A DNA stretch of 64,000 nt from an uncultured Chloroflexia bacterium (GCA_963805645.1 CAWDVA010000008.1:41748-105747); one strand, 5' to 3'. Shown: positions 26,957-35,732, counted from the first letter of the stretch. Numbers and translations: made by a program. Notes: generated from the sequence alone by a model not told the origin.

Positions 26957-28174
26957 TCTCGCTCCTCCGGCGCGCGCACCCAGACCGAGACCGAGGGCGG
27001 GCGCAGGGCGGCGTGGGCGCTGCTGGCCAGCTCGGCCGACACGGCGTGGAGCTCGAGCCGGCGCGAAGCCGGGCGCCGAAGCCGTCGGCCACCCGGGCCG
27101 CGTCGTAGCGCGAGCGGTCGAAGCGCCGGTCGACGAGCGCCTGCACCCGGCGCCGGATCGGGCCGAACAGGGCCGCCACCAGCAGGGTCGAGACGGCCAC
27201 CGACACCTGGGACTCGGCGGTGACCGGGCGCAGCATGCGCCTGCAGCCCGAGCACCGCTCCGGCGAAGACCCCGGCCAGGATGGCGGTGAGGATCGGCGT
27301 AGGCCAGGGTTCGGTTGATGATCCGGTCGATCTCGTACAGGCGGTAGCGCAGGACCGCGATGCCGACGGCCACGGGGACTATTGGGTAGGTGAGGACGGC
27401 CGGGAACCACATCCACGTTCCGTTGGGGTCGACGAAGGCGATCATCGCGAAGGCGAAGATGAACGTGCCGAGCACGCCGGCGAGCGCGAACAGCAGCCAC
27501 TTGTACTGCTGGCGCTCGGCGTCGTGGGCGCGCCGGAACCGCAGCGGGAAGGTGCCGAGCGTGACGGCGAGGCCAACCAGGAAGACGACGTAGATGCCCT
27601 CGGTGAAGAGCGGCCAGCCCACCCACTCGCGGCCGATGCCGATGGGATTGGTCACCCGTGCGGAGGTGCCGTCCGCGAAGGAGATCCCAAACGATGGGGC
27701 GAACGCCTGCGCCACGGTGAACAAGGCCGGAACGGCGATGGCCAGGCGATTGGCCACTCCCATCCGCCTGGGTGAAAGGCGCCCGGACGGAAAGACTGCG
27801 GCGAGGGCGATCAACCCCATGAAGAAGAGTCCGGCTCCCCAGCCGTTCCCCCACGCCTGGAGCGTGACCTGCAGGTTCGCCTGGCCGTCCACCACCTGTG
27901 AGGCGCTTCCCGGCGGGCTCGACCCGACGATGACGAAGGTCAGGCCGATGCCAAGGACCAGCCAGCCGATGGGCTGGCGCGGCAGGCGTGCCACCAGGCC
28001 GATGCCGCCGAGCGCGAACGCCCAGAAGACGACCGCCCCGCCCCAGTTGGTGATGGTGAAGAACACCCCGAACGCGATGGCAAGCAGGGCGACCGGCAGG
28101 AGCAGACGGGCCGCCATGGGCAGGGAGTCTCGCGCGGTCTGCTGCGCCGGTCGCGGTTGCGTTGCCTGCGCCAC
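26953..28174 (-). pseudogene. decayed copy (F) of the sensor-like membrane protein family, 3 frameshifts
   Basis: ORF 26867..28174 is family-like up to ...[20 protein letters not shown]. The protein then continues in a second frame ([19 protein letters not shown]), a third ([58 protein letters not shown]) and back to the second ([11 protein letters not shown]...[13 protein letters not shown]). Each switch fits a 1-nt indel. Confidence 0.75.
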
Positions 28175-28244
28175 GGTGCTCGGTAACCTCCGTGCGGTTG
28201 GACGATCGGCTCCGCCCGAGGGTGGAAACCGTCCGCAGATGGGC

Positions 28245-28276
28245 AGGATGCCACGCTGCCGTTCGCCAGGCGTTAC
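28245..28276 (-). promoter_or_regulatory. promoter-like element copy 5: GTAACG-N5-CGAACG-N9-CATCCT, upstream of pseudogene F and divergent from the SARP gene
   Basis: Read directly from the sequence, in the 153-bp divergent region 28175-28327. Confidence 0.5.
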
Positions 28277-28327
28277 GAAATCCGGCTACGGCGGCGGCCG
28301 TGATGGCGGCGCGGTAAGGTACGGACC

Positions 28328-31193
28328 GTGAGCCGCCTCCGTCTCGCACTCCTTGGTCCGCCGCGCGTCGAGCTGGACACCGCGCCTGTCTCGTTCGACA
28401 CCCGCAAGGCTCTTGCGCTGCTCGCCGTTCTCGCCGTTCGCGGCGAGGCCCAGTCGCGCGACGCCCTGACGGCTCTGCTCTGGCCGGAGCATGACGCCGC
28501 CCACGCCGGCGGTGCGCTGCGCCGGACCCTCTCCGTGACCCGGGCCGGGATCGGCCCCGATGCCCTGCGGCTCGACGGTCGGTCCGTCGAGCTTGCCCCT
28601 TCGGGCCGCGTCGACGTGTGGCGGCTGCACGCCATCACGGATGGGGTCACACGGCACCATCCCGACGCCGATCCGGTCTGCGACCGCTGCCTGCGCCGGC
28701 TCGCCGAGATCCCGAACCTCGTCCGGGGCCGTTTCCTGGAGGGGTTCGGCCTCCGGGACAGCCCGGAGTTCGACGACTGGTCCGCGGGCACCGCGCAAGC
28801 GCTCGATCGCGAGGTGGCCGATGCGCTCGACCGCCTGTCGGACGCGCTCGCCGCGCGCGGTCGTACCAACCTCGCCCTCGACGCCGCGCGTCGGCGCCTC
28901 GCCATGGACCCGCTGCATGAGGAAGCGCACCGGCGCCTGATGCGCCTTCACTCGGAGGCAGGGGACAGGACCGGCGCCATCGCCCGCTACCGGGAGTGCG
29001 TTCGGATCCTGGACCAGGAGCTCGGCGTCGCGCCCATGCCGGAGACGACGGAGCTGTACCACGCGATCGCCGCCGGGCCGGCGGCGGCGCACCACGTGGA
29101 TGAGCCTGCGGAGTCCACCGCACCCCCGGTTGGGATCTCGGCCCTGCCCCTGATCGGACGTCGGGCGGACCTCGAGGTCGTGCTGGGGGCCTGGCGCCGG
29201 GCCGGTCAGGCGGGTCGCCTCGTCCTGCTCGAAGGCGAGCCGGGGATCGGGAAGACGCGCGTGCTCGAGGAGGTCTCGGCGGCAGTGCGGGCCGCCGGTG
29301 CGCAGGTGCTCTCCCTGGTTGCCCACGATGGCGAGCAGGCGATCGCCTATGCGCCCATCGTCGGTGCGCTCGAGAAGGCCATCCCCGACGCGGAGGGTGG
29401 CGGCGAGGGCGCCGGCTGGCTGCCGGGCCTCCCCGGCTGGGTTCGCGGCGAGCTGGCGCGCGTGGTGCCGGCCGTGGCCGGGGTCGGATCGGCGGTCGCC
29501 GCCATCGAGGGTCCCGGAGCGGAGATCCGCTTCATGGAGGGCCTGTCCCGGGCCCTCCTGGCCGCGGTGTCGGGGCCGCGGGCCGGGCTCATCTGCGTCG
29601 ATGACGTGCAGTGGGCGGATTCCGCGACGATCGCGATCCTCGGCTACGTGGCGCGGCGGGTCACGGAGGTACGGTGCTGCGTCGTCCTGGCCCGGCGACC
29701 TCCCGAGCCGGACCAGGATCCGCTTGCCGATCTTCTGCGCAGCGCGCGTCGGCGGGGCTCGCTCCTGGAGGTGCGCCCGGCGCGCCTGACGCGGGCGGAG
29801 GTGTCCCAGCTGGCCCGTGCGGTCGATACCCCGCTGGACGCGGACCGGCTGTACGCCGAGACCGAGGGGATCCCGTTCTTCGTTGCCGAGTACCTGGCGG
29901 CAGCGCGCGAACCCGGCACGGACGGCGCCGGCGGGGAGGCCACGCCGCGGCCCATCCGGGAGCTGCTGGCCGGGCGCATCGACGGTCTCAGCGCGGTCGC
30001 ACGCCAGGTCCTGGTTGCCGCGGCGGTCGTGGGTCGTTCGTTCGACGTGGAGCTGGTCCGCGCGACGAGCGGGCGCTCACCCGAGGAGACCGCGACCGGT
30101 GTCGAGGAGCTCCTGGCGCGCGGCCTGATCGTCGAGGCGGCGGGTACGGACGGAGCGCCGCGCTATGACTTCGATCACGCCAAGAGCCGGGAGGTCGCAT
30201 ACGCATCGGCCAGCCTCGCGCGCCGGCGGCTGCTGCATCGGCGGGCCGCGCTCGCACTCCAGCAGCCGGCAACCCGGCGCACCGGGGGCCACGCCTTGGC
30301 AGCCACCATTGCGCGCCATCTCCGCGAGGCGGGTGATGATCGCGGGGCCGCCCGCTACCTGCGCATCGCGGGGGACGAGGCCGCCGCGGTGTACGCGCAC
30401 GAGGAAGCGCTCGACCTGTATCGCTCAGCCATCGCACTCGACCCGGCCTCCCCCGGGCCGCTCCACGAACGCATCGGCACCGAATGGACCCGCCTTGGGC
30501 GCTATGACGACGCCGTGGCCGCCTACGAGGCTGCGGCGGCCGCGGCCGACCCGCGCGACGCCTGGCGCATCGAGCGGCGCCTCGCCGAGGTCCACGGTCG
30601 TCGCGGCGAATGGTCGCTGGCCGAATCGCACCTCGCGGCGGCCCTCACGGGCGTCGCCCCGGACGCGCTCGGCGACCGCGCCCGCCTCACCGCCGACCGG
30701 GCCCTGGCGGTCCATCGGCTCGGTGATCATCGGCGCAGCAGGCGCCTGGCGGGCGAAGCGCTCGAGACCGCGCAGGCGGCGCGGGATCCCGCCTGCGTCG
30801 CGCAGGCTCACAATCTGCTGGGGATCCTCGCCCGTGACGCCGGCCACCTCGTACAGGCACGCCGCCACCTGGAGGAGAGCCTGGCCCTGGCCAGCGCTGA
30901 GCACGTCGAGGAGGCGCGCATCGCGTCGCTCAACAACCTGGCGCTGCTGTCGGTTGCTGCCGGGGACCCCGCGCGGGCGGTCGAGACGGCGCGCGCGGCG
31001 CTCGATGCGGCGGTCACCATCGGCGATCGCCACCGGGAGGCCGCCATCCGCAATAACCTCGCCGATGCGCTGCACGCGGCGGGGCGACGGGACGAGGCGA
31101 TCGACGAGCTGAAGCAGGCGGTCACTGATCTTCGCGGAGGTCGGTCGGCCGGGCGGGATGGAGCCCGAGATCTGGAAGCTCGTCGACTGGTAG
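28328..31193 (+). CDS. AfsR/SARP-family regulator (OmpR-type wHTH + BTAD + NB-ARC/P-loop + TPR), frameshifted about 25 codons before its natural stop
   Basis: ORF 28328..31393. N-terminal [12 protein letters not shown]...[12 protein letters not shown]...ALLWPE is the wHTH. The BTAD block is [29 protein letters not shown]. The Walker A is [12 protein letters not shown]. Multiple TPR-like helices follow. After about 31120 the in-frame text becomes Arg/Cys-rich junk. The +1 frame reads [23 protein letters not shown] and stops at 31191-31193. Confidence 0.85.
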
Positions 31194-31231
31194 GCCTACG
31201 TGCGGTGCTCCGCTCGGCCCGACCCATCTTC

Positions 31232-31322
31232 CGACTCGTCAGATGCTGCTGCCACGAGCGCTACCCGGCCGATCCTGACCGTTTCTCCTTCTCGACTCGC
31301 CAGATGCTGCTGCCAGTAGCGC
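31232..31322. repeat. imperfect ~30-bp direct repeat (CGACTCG(T/C)CAGATGCTGCTGCCA..AGCGC) with 61-bp period in a 310-bp noncoding gap
   Basis: Read directly from the sequence, between the natural stop of the SARP gene (31193) and the zf-UBP gene end (31504). Confidence 0.6.
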
Positions 31323-31503
31323 AAGGCGCCTTCCGGCGAGGATCCGGGGCGTCGAATGCGGGAAACTGCGCTCGGCGTTGCCACCGGGAGTGACGAGATG
31401 CGCCGATGGAGGCGCCTTACGCTACGGTGACGAGCAGGTGACGAGTCCACCGTCGCCATCGGCCGATACCGGGCGTCATGCGCACGGGGGCACGCCGCGC
31501 GCT

Positions 31504-31779
31504 CTACGCCGGTTCCAGGTACACCTCGTCGATGAAGCACCAGATCCAGTCCTCGCCGGGCTCGATCGACTGCATGATCGGATGCCCGCTGGCTTCGGCG
31601 TGCTTACGTGCGTGGCGGTTGGGGGACTGGTCGCAGCAGCCGACGTGGCCGCACGTCCGGCAGATCCGGAGGTGCAGCCACGTGCCGCCGATCTTCAGGC
31701 AATCCTCGCAGCCCTCGGCGCTGGGCGTGACGTCACGCAGCATGTCGAGGTGCGAGCAGGGGAGCTCCTCGTCGGTCAT
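31504..31779 (-). CDS. UBP-type zinc-finger (zf-UBP) domain protein
   Basis: 91 aa. CSHL...CEDC...WLHLRICRTCGHVGCCDQSPNRHARKH...H has the Cys/His pattern of ZnF-UBP. ATGA overlap with the upstream protease gene. Confidence 0.8.
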   Translation of the reverse strand: MTDEELPCSHLDMLRDVTPSAEGCEDCLKIGGTWLHLRICRTCGHVGCCDQSPNRHARKHAEASGHPIMQSIEPGEDWIWCFIDEVYLEPA

Positions 31780-32660
31780 GCGCTAACGCTAACCGATCGC
31801 TCCTCCGTCCCGCGCACGATCGTCACCGGAATCGGCGTGTTGGCCTCCGCCATGCCCAGCACGTCGAAGAGGTCGTCCGCGGAGCCGATGGCGCGGCCTC
31901 CGGCCTCCACGATCAGGTCGCCCTCCGCGATCCCCGCCTTCTCGGCCGGGGACCCTTCCTCGACCTCCCGCACGAGCAGCCCGGTACGCTCGGGGAGGCC
32001 CACCGCCCGGCGCAGCTGCTGCGCCACATGCGATGGGGCCAGGCCAACGCCCAGGCGCCGGGGGGTCGATGCCTCGCCGCGGCCGAGCGACTCGACGCGG
32101 GTGCGGAGGGCGTCTCCCGCCGCGATGGCCTGGTAGAAGCCGGAGCCCAGCCGATTGGTGTTGATCCCCAGCAGGCGCCCCTCGCCGTCGACGATGGGGC
32201 CGCCGGAGGAGCCGGGCATGAGGGGTGCCGTGTGCTCCACTGCCCCGGACACGCGCCGTCCACGTGGACCGCGGAAGGAGCGACCGATCCCCGAGACGAA
32301 GCCGGCGGTCACGCGCAGGCCCTGGCCGTTGGGGTTGCCCACCGCCACGACCGGCGAGCCGATGGCGAGCGTGCTGCCGTCACCCCAGGTCAGCGGCGCT
32401 GCGTCGCCGGTGTCCACGCCGATGACCGCCAGGTCGCCGTCGCCATCGATGCCCAGCACCGTGCCGTCTGCGCTTCGGCCGTCGGCGAAGTAGACGTGCA
32501 CCTCGTCGCCGTGCAGGTTGTGGGCATTGGTGAGCACCTTGCCCTGCTCCAGGACGATCCCCGAGCCGCCCCGCCATCGGTTCCCGACCCCCACCGTCGA
32601 GGGACCGACCCTGGCGGCGACCGCGGCGATGGCTTCGCCAAGCTGTTCCATGGGACCCAT
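31776..32660 (-). CDS. trypsin-like serine protease with C-terminal PDZ domain (S1C/HtrA-like), no signal peptide
   Basis: 294 aa. Catalytic blocks TNAHN(L), DGDLAVI and PGSSGGPIVD. PDZ-like LGVGLAP...GLLVREVEEGSPAEKAGI.EGDLIV. GGAGGA RBS. Confidence 0.85.
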   Translation of the reverse strand: MGPMEQLGEAIAAVAARVGPSTVGVGNRWRGGSGIVLEQGKVLTNAHNLHGDEVHVYFADGRSADGTVLGIDGDGDLAVIGVDTGDAAPLTWGDGSTLAIGSPVVAVGNPNGQGLRVTAGFVSGIGRSFRGPRGRRVSGAVEHTAPLMPGSSGGPIVDGEGRLLGINTNRLGSGFYQAIAAGDALRTRVESLGRGEASTPRRLGVGLAPSHVAQQLRRAVGLPERTGLLVREVEEGSPAEKAGIAEGDLIVEAGGRAIGSADDLFDVLGMAEANTPIPVTIVRGTEERSVSVSA

Positions 32661-32708
32661 TGGTCGTCCTCCGTTGCATACCGCGGCAGCGCGTCGGGCT
32701 GCTAATGA

Positions 32709-32730
32709 CTAGTACGCTGCAAGTTACTAG
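32709..32730. promoter_or_regulatory. inverted repeat CTAGTA-N10-TACTAG in an AT-rich island (candidate HxlR operator)
   Basis: A perfect 6-bp inverted repeat in the divergent region between protease gene start 32660 and HxlR gene start 32755. It is the only AT-rich patch there. Confidence 0.4.
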
Positions 32731-32754
32731 CGAGGAAGGAAGAATGCAAGCCCC

Positions 32755-33201
32755 GTGAGGCGCATCGGATACGATCCACGCATGCCCGCCACGCCCTCCC
32801 CGCTGGCCGCCGCACTTGAGCGGGTCGGGGACCGATGGAGCCTCCTGCTCGTGGAGGCGCTGCTTCCCGGTCCTCGCCGCTTCAATGAGCTGTCCGCAGC
32901 GGTGGCCGGGATCGCGCCGAACATCCTCACCGATCGGCTTCGGCGACTCGAGGGCGAGCGGGTGATCTCCTCTCGCCCATACTCCGAGCGGCCGTTGCGA
33001 GTGGTCTACGAGCTGACCGCGGAGGGACAGGAGCTTGCGGGCGCCCTCCGCCTCCTCGCGGACTGGGGCTCACGCGTCTCGCGAGAGGCAGAGCCGCTGC
33101 GCCACGCCGTGTGCGGCACCCCCGTGGAGGCGCGCTGGTACTGCCCCACGTGCGAGCGGGCCGTCGAGGGGCGCGAGACGGATGAGATCCGCCACGTCTG
33201 A
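32755..33201 (+). CDS. HxlR-family transcriptional regulator with Cys-rich C-terminal extension
   Basis: 148 aa (GTG start; ATG 32782 is an alternative). GDRWSLLLVEALL.GPRRFNEL...GIAPNILTDRLRRLE...YELT. C-terminal CGTP...CPTC. Confidence 0.8.
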   Translation: MRRIGYDPRMPATPSPLAAALERVGDRWSLLLVEALLPGPRRFNELSAAVAGIAPNILTDRLRRLEGERVISSRPYSERPLRVVYELTAEGQELAGALRLLADWGSRVSREAEPLRHAVCGTPVEARWYCPTCERAVEGRETDEIRHV

Positions 33202-34459
33202 CGAGCCCGGCCCGGGCATCATCCGTCGCCTCCTCGAGATCGGCGTCGACCCGTCCGACGATGCGGATCTGCGCAACCGCAAGCGCGTCGCCACCGGCGC
33301 CGTGTATGCCCTGCTGGGCTTTGGGCTGACATGGGTCGTGACCGGGACCTGGTCATCGCAGCCCGGCCCGCTGCTCGTCTCGGTCACGTTCCTCGTGGCG
33401 ACGGCCGCCGTTCTGGGACGGTTCATCGCGAACCATGACGTTGACCGCTTCATCTGGTGGGAGGCCGCTATCGGCCTCGTCACCTGTGCGCTCGGCCAGG
33501 TCGCGCTCGGAGGGTTCGCGGGGTCGTCGGGTTCCATCGTGTGGGGCGTCATCACCCCCATCGCGACGGTCCTGTTCTTCGGTCCTGAGCGGGCGATGCG
33601 CTGGTTCTATGCCTACCTGGCCGTCATCGTCGTGCTGGTCGCGGCCGATCCCTTCATGCGCAGCTGGGCGAACACCCCGTACGGCTTCAACCTGGCCTTC
33701 TTCGGGATCAATACCGTTGGCCCGGCCGCCATCGGCTTCCTCATGATTCGCTACATGGACCGCCAGCGAAGGGCGGCCCAGGCGCGCAGCGAGGAGCTCC
33801 TGCTCAACGTCCTGCCGGCCCCCATCGCCAACAGGCTGCGCTCCGGAGAAGGCGTCATTGCCGAGCAGCACGCCGCGGTGACGGTCCTGTTCGCCGATGT
33901 CGTGGACTTCACGCCCTACGCCGAGGTCACGCCCCCGACGGAGGTGGTGCGGCTCCTCAACGCAATCTTCAGCGACTTCGACACGCTTGCCGACCGGTTC
34001 GGGATGGAGAAGATCAAGACCATCGGTGACGCGTACATGGCGGTCGCCGGGGTGCCCGCCGCCCGCGAGGACCACGCGGACTGCGCGCTGCGCATGGGCC
34101 TCGCCATGCTCGAATCGGTTGGACGCCACCGCGATGCGCACGGCCAGGCGGTCACCCTGCGCATCGGGATCGCGTCCGGGCCCGTGGTGGCCGGGGTCAT
34201 CGGGCGGCGCAAGTTCATCTACGACCTGTGGGGGGACACCGTCAACACCGCCTCGCGCATGGAATCCTCCGGCCTGCCGGGGCGGATCCAGGTCACCCCG
34301 GGCACCCGCGAACTGCTGACCGATCCGTACCCCTTCGAGCGACGTGACGGGGTCGCCGTCAAGGGCAAGGGGACCATGACGACGTACCTGCTCGATCCGG
34401 CGGCCATCGCCGGCGCGGCATCGGCGGCGCCTGGCGCCTCCGCCCCTACGCCAGCCTGA
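33182..34459 (+). CDS. membrane-anchored class III adenylate/guanylate cyclase
   Basis: ORF 33035..34459 trimmed to ATG 33182, overlapping the HxlR gene by 20 nt. About 6 TM helices, then VTVLFADVVDFT...KTIGDAYMAVAG...GIASGPVVAGVIG...YDLWGDTVNTASRMES. Confidence 0.85.
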   Translation: MRSATSDEPGPGIIRRLLEIGVDPSDDADLRNRKRVATGAVYALLGFGLTWVVTGTWSSQPGPLLVSVTFLVATAAVLGRFIANHDVDRFIWWEAAIGLVTCALGQVALGGFAGSSGSIVWGVITPIATVLFFGPERAMRWFYAYLAVIVVLVAADPFMRSWANTPYGFNLAFFGINTVGPAAIGFLMIRYMDRQRRAAQARSEELLLNVLPAPIANRLRSGEGVIAEQHAAVTVLFADVVDFTPYAEVTPPTEVVRLLNAIFSDFDTLADRFGMEKIKTIGDAYMAVAGVPAAREDHADCALRMGLAMLESVGRHRDAHGQAVTLRIGIASGPVVAGVIGRRKFIYDLWGDTVNTASRMESSGLPGRIQVTPGTRELLTDPYPFERRDGVAVKGKGTMTTYLLDPAAIAGAASAAPGASAPTPA

Positions 34460-35525
34460 CGCCTCGCATCAGCTGCCGCAGGCCGCGGTCGATCCGATCC
34501 GTGGCGATGAGGACCGCAAGCCCCAGGACGATCCCCAGCATGATTCCCAGCGCGCGAAGCAGGAGATCCATCGGCGTTCCGGAGACCCGACCGCTCGGCG
34601 GTCCAGCGATCGCCCGTACGGCGCCCTCCGGGCTGGCGGTCGGCGACGACCCGGAGACGAGCGCGGCAGCACTCGGCGCCGTGCTGCCGGTGGCGACCGC
34701 AGCCGCCTTCGCCTGCGGCGTGGACTGCGGCGACGAGCGTGTGGCCGCCGGCGTCGGAACCCGCGTGGCGGCGGCGCTCGCTGAGGAGACCGGACCGGTG
34801 AGGACGTCGTTGCCGGCCTGGTACCACAGGTATTCACGAATCGTGGTACCGGCAGCATGGATTGCCGCTGCCTCGTCTCTGCCGACGTACCGGTAGTGCC
34901 ACGGCTCGTACCGGTAGCAGGTGGTGCCGGGTGAGGCGTCCTTCGGGTAGCTCATGACAAAGCCGTAGCGCCAGGCCTGCTTCGCCATCCAGGCGCCCGC
35001 GGCGGTGGTGGCCCAGTCGCCCCCCCACTCGGCCGAGGCCACGGCGCTCCGGAAGTCCAGGGCCACGCCCAGCTGGTGCTCGGAATGGCCGGGCCGCGCG
35101 CTGCCAAGGAGCGCGGCGCTGTGCCCGTAGGTCTGCGTCCAGTAGTTGAAGGTGTACACCTGGGTCGCGTACGAGCGGTAGGCCGATTGCACCGCGATGG
35201 GCGCACCCGCGGCCTCTGCCGCGGCGGTCATGGCTCGCAGGTCAGGGATGACGAACGAGCGCACCGAGCCATTGCCGCTGATTCCCGCTTCGGTGACGGG
35301 GACGAGGTCCGTCGGCCGGTAGGAGCGGCCCACCATGTAGATCGTGTCGACCAGCGTGCGCTGCCAGTCGTCGGGCGAGGTGAACGCCGTCTCCACGTCG
35401 TCGTAGCGGCAGGCGGGGAGCGTGTCCGCGGCGGAGACGGACGGTGGGGACATCGGCCCGGCGGCCCAGATGGGCCCGAGCACGAGCGCCACGACCATGG
35501 CAAGAACCGTCCGTCGGATGCGCAC
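34446..35525 (-). CDS. M15B (VanY-like) D-alanyl-D-alanine carboxypeptidase with Ala/Ser/Thr-rich linker and C-terminal TM helix
   Basis: 359 aa with a signal peptide. SAYRSY..Q, SEHQLG.A.DF and EPWHYRYVG are zinc-peptidase M15 blocks. Confidence 0.8.
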   Translation of the reverse strand: MRIRRTVLAMVVALVLGPIWAAGPMSPPSVSAADTLPACRYDDVETAFTSPDDWQRTLVDTIYMVGRSYRPTDLVPVTEAGISGNGSVRSFVIPDLRAMTAAAEAAGAPIAVQSAYRSYATQVYTFNYWTQTYGHSAALLGSARPGHSEHQLGVALDFRSAVASAEWGGDWATTAAGAWMAKQAWRYGFVMSYPKDASPGTTCYRYEPWHYRYVGRDEAAAIHAAGTTIREYLWYQAGNDVLTGPVSSASAAATRVPTPAATRSSPQSTPQAKAAAVATGSTAPSAAALVSGSSPTASPEGAVRAIAGPPSGRVSGTPMDLLLRALGIMLGIVLGLAVLIATDRIDRGLRQLMRGVRLA

Positions 35526-35732
35526 CAGTCTTCCCTCACCCCCGGGAATGGCCTTCGCGCGTCACGGGGCACCGCGCCGACGCGCCTGCACTCTGCGGCA
35601 CCGCGGAACCCGCTGTCAAATCTGCGCGGCCCGGATGCCTCTTGACTGATGGTGCCCGGGGGCCAATGGTTGGGCCGACGCGACGCCGCCGGTCGGTTGT
35701 GTTCGCGATCGGCAACGAGGGAGGTTGCACCG

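Noticed and set aside
28328-31193. STAND NTPase as a possible Avs/NLR-like defence protein
   Set aside because: The N-terminus is an OmpR-type wHTH plus BTAD domain, the classic AfsR/SARP transcription activator. It has no nuclease, protease or TIR effector domain.
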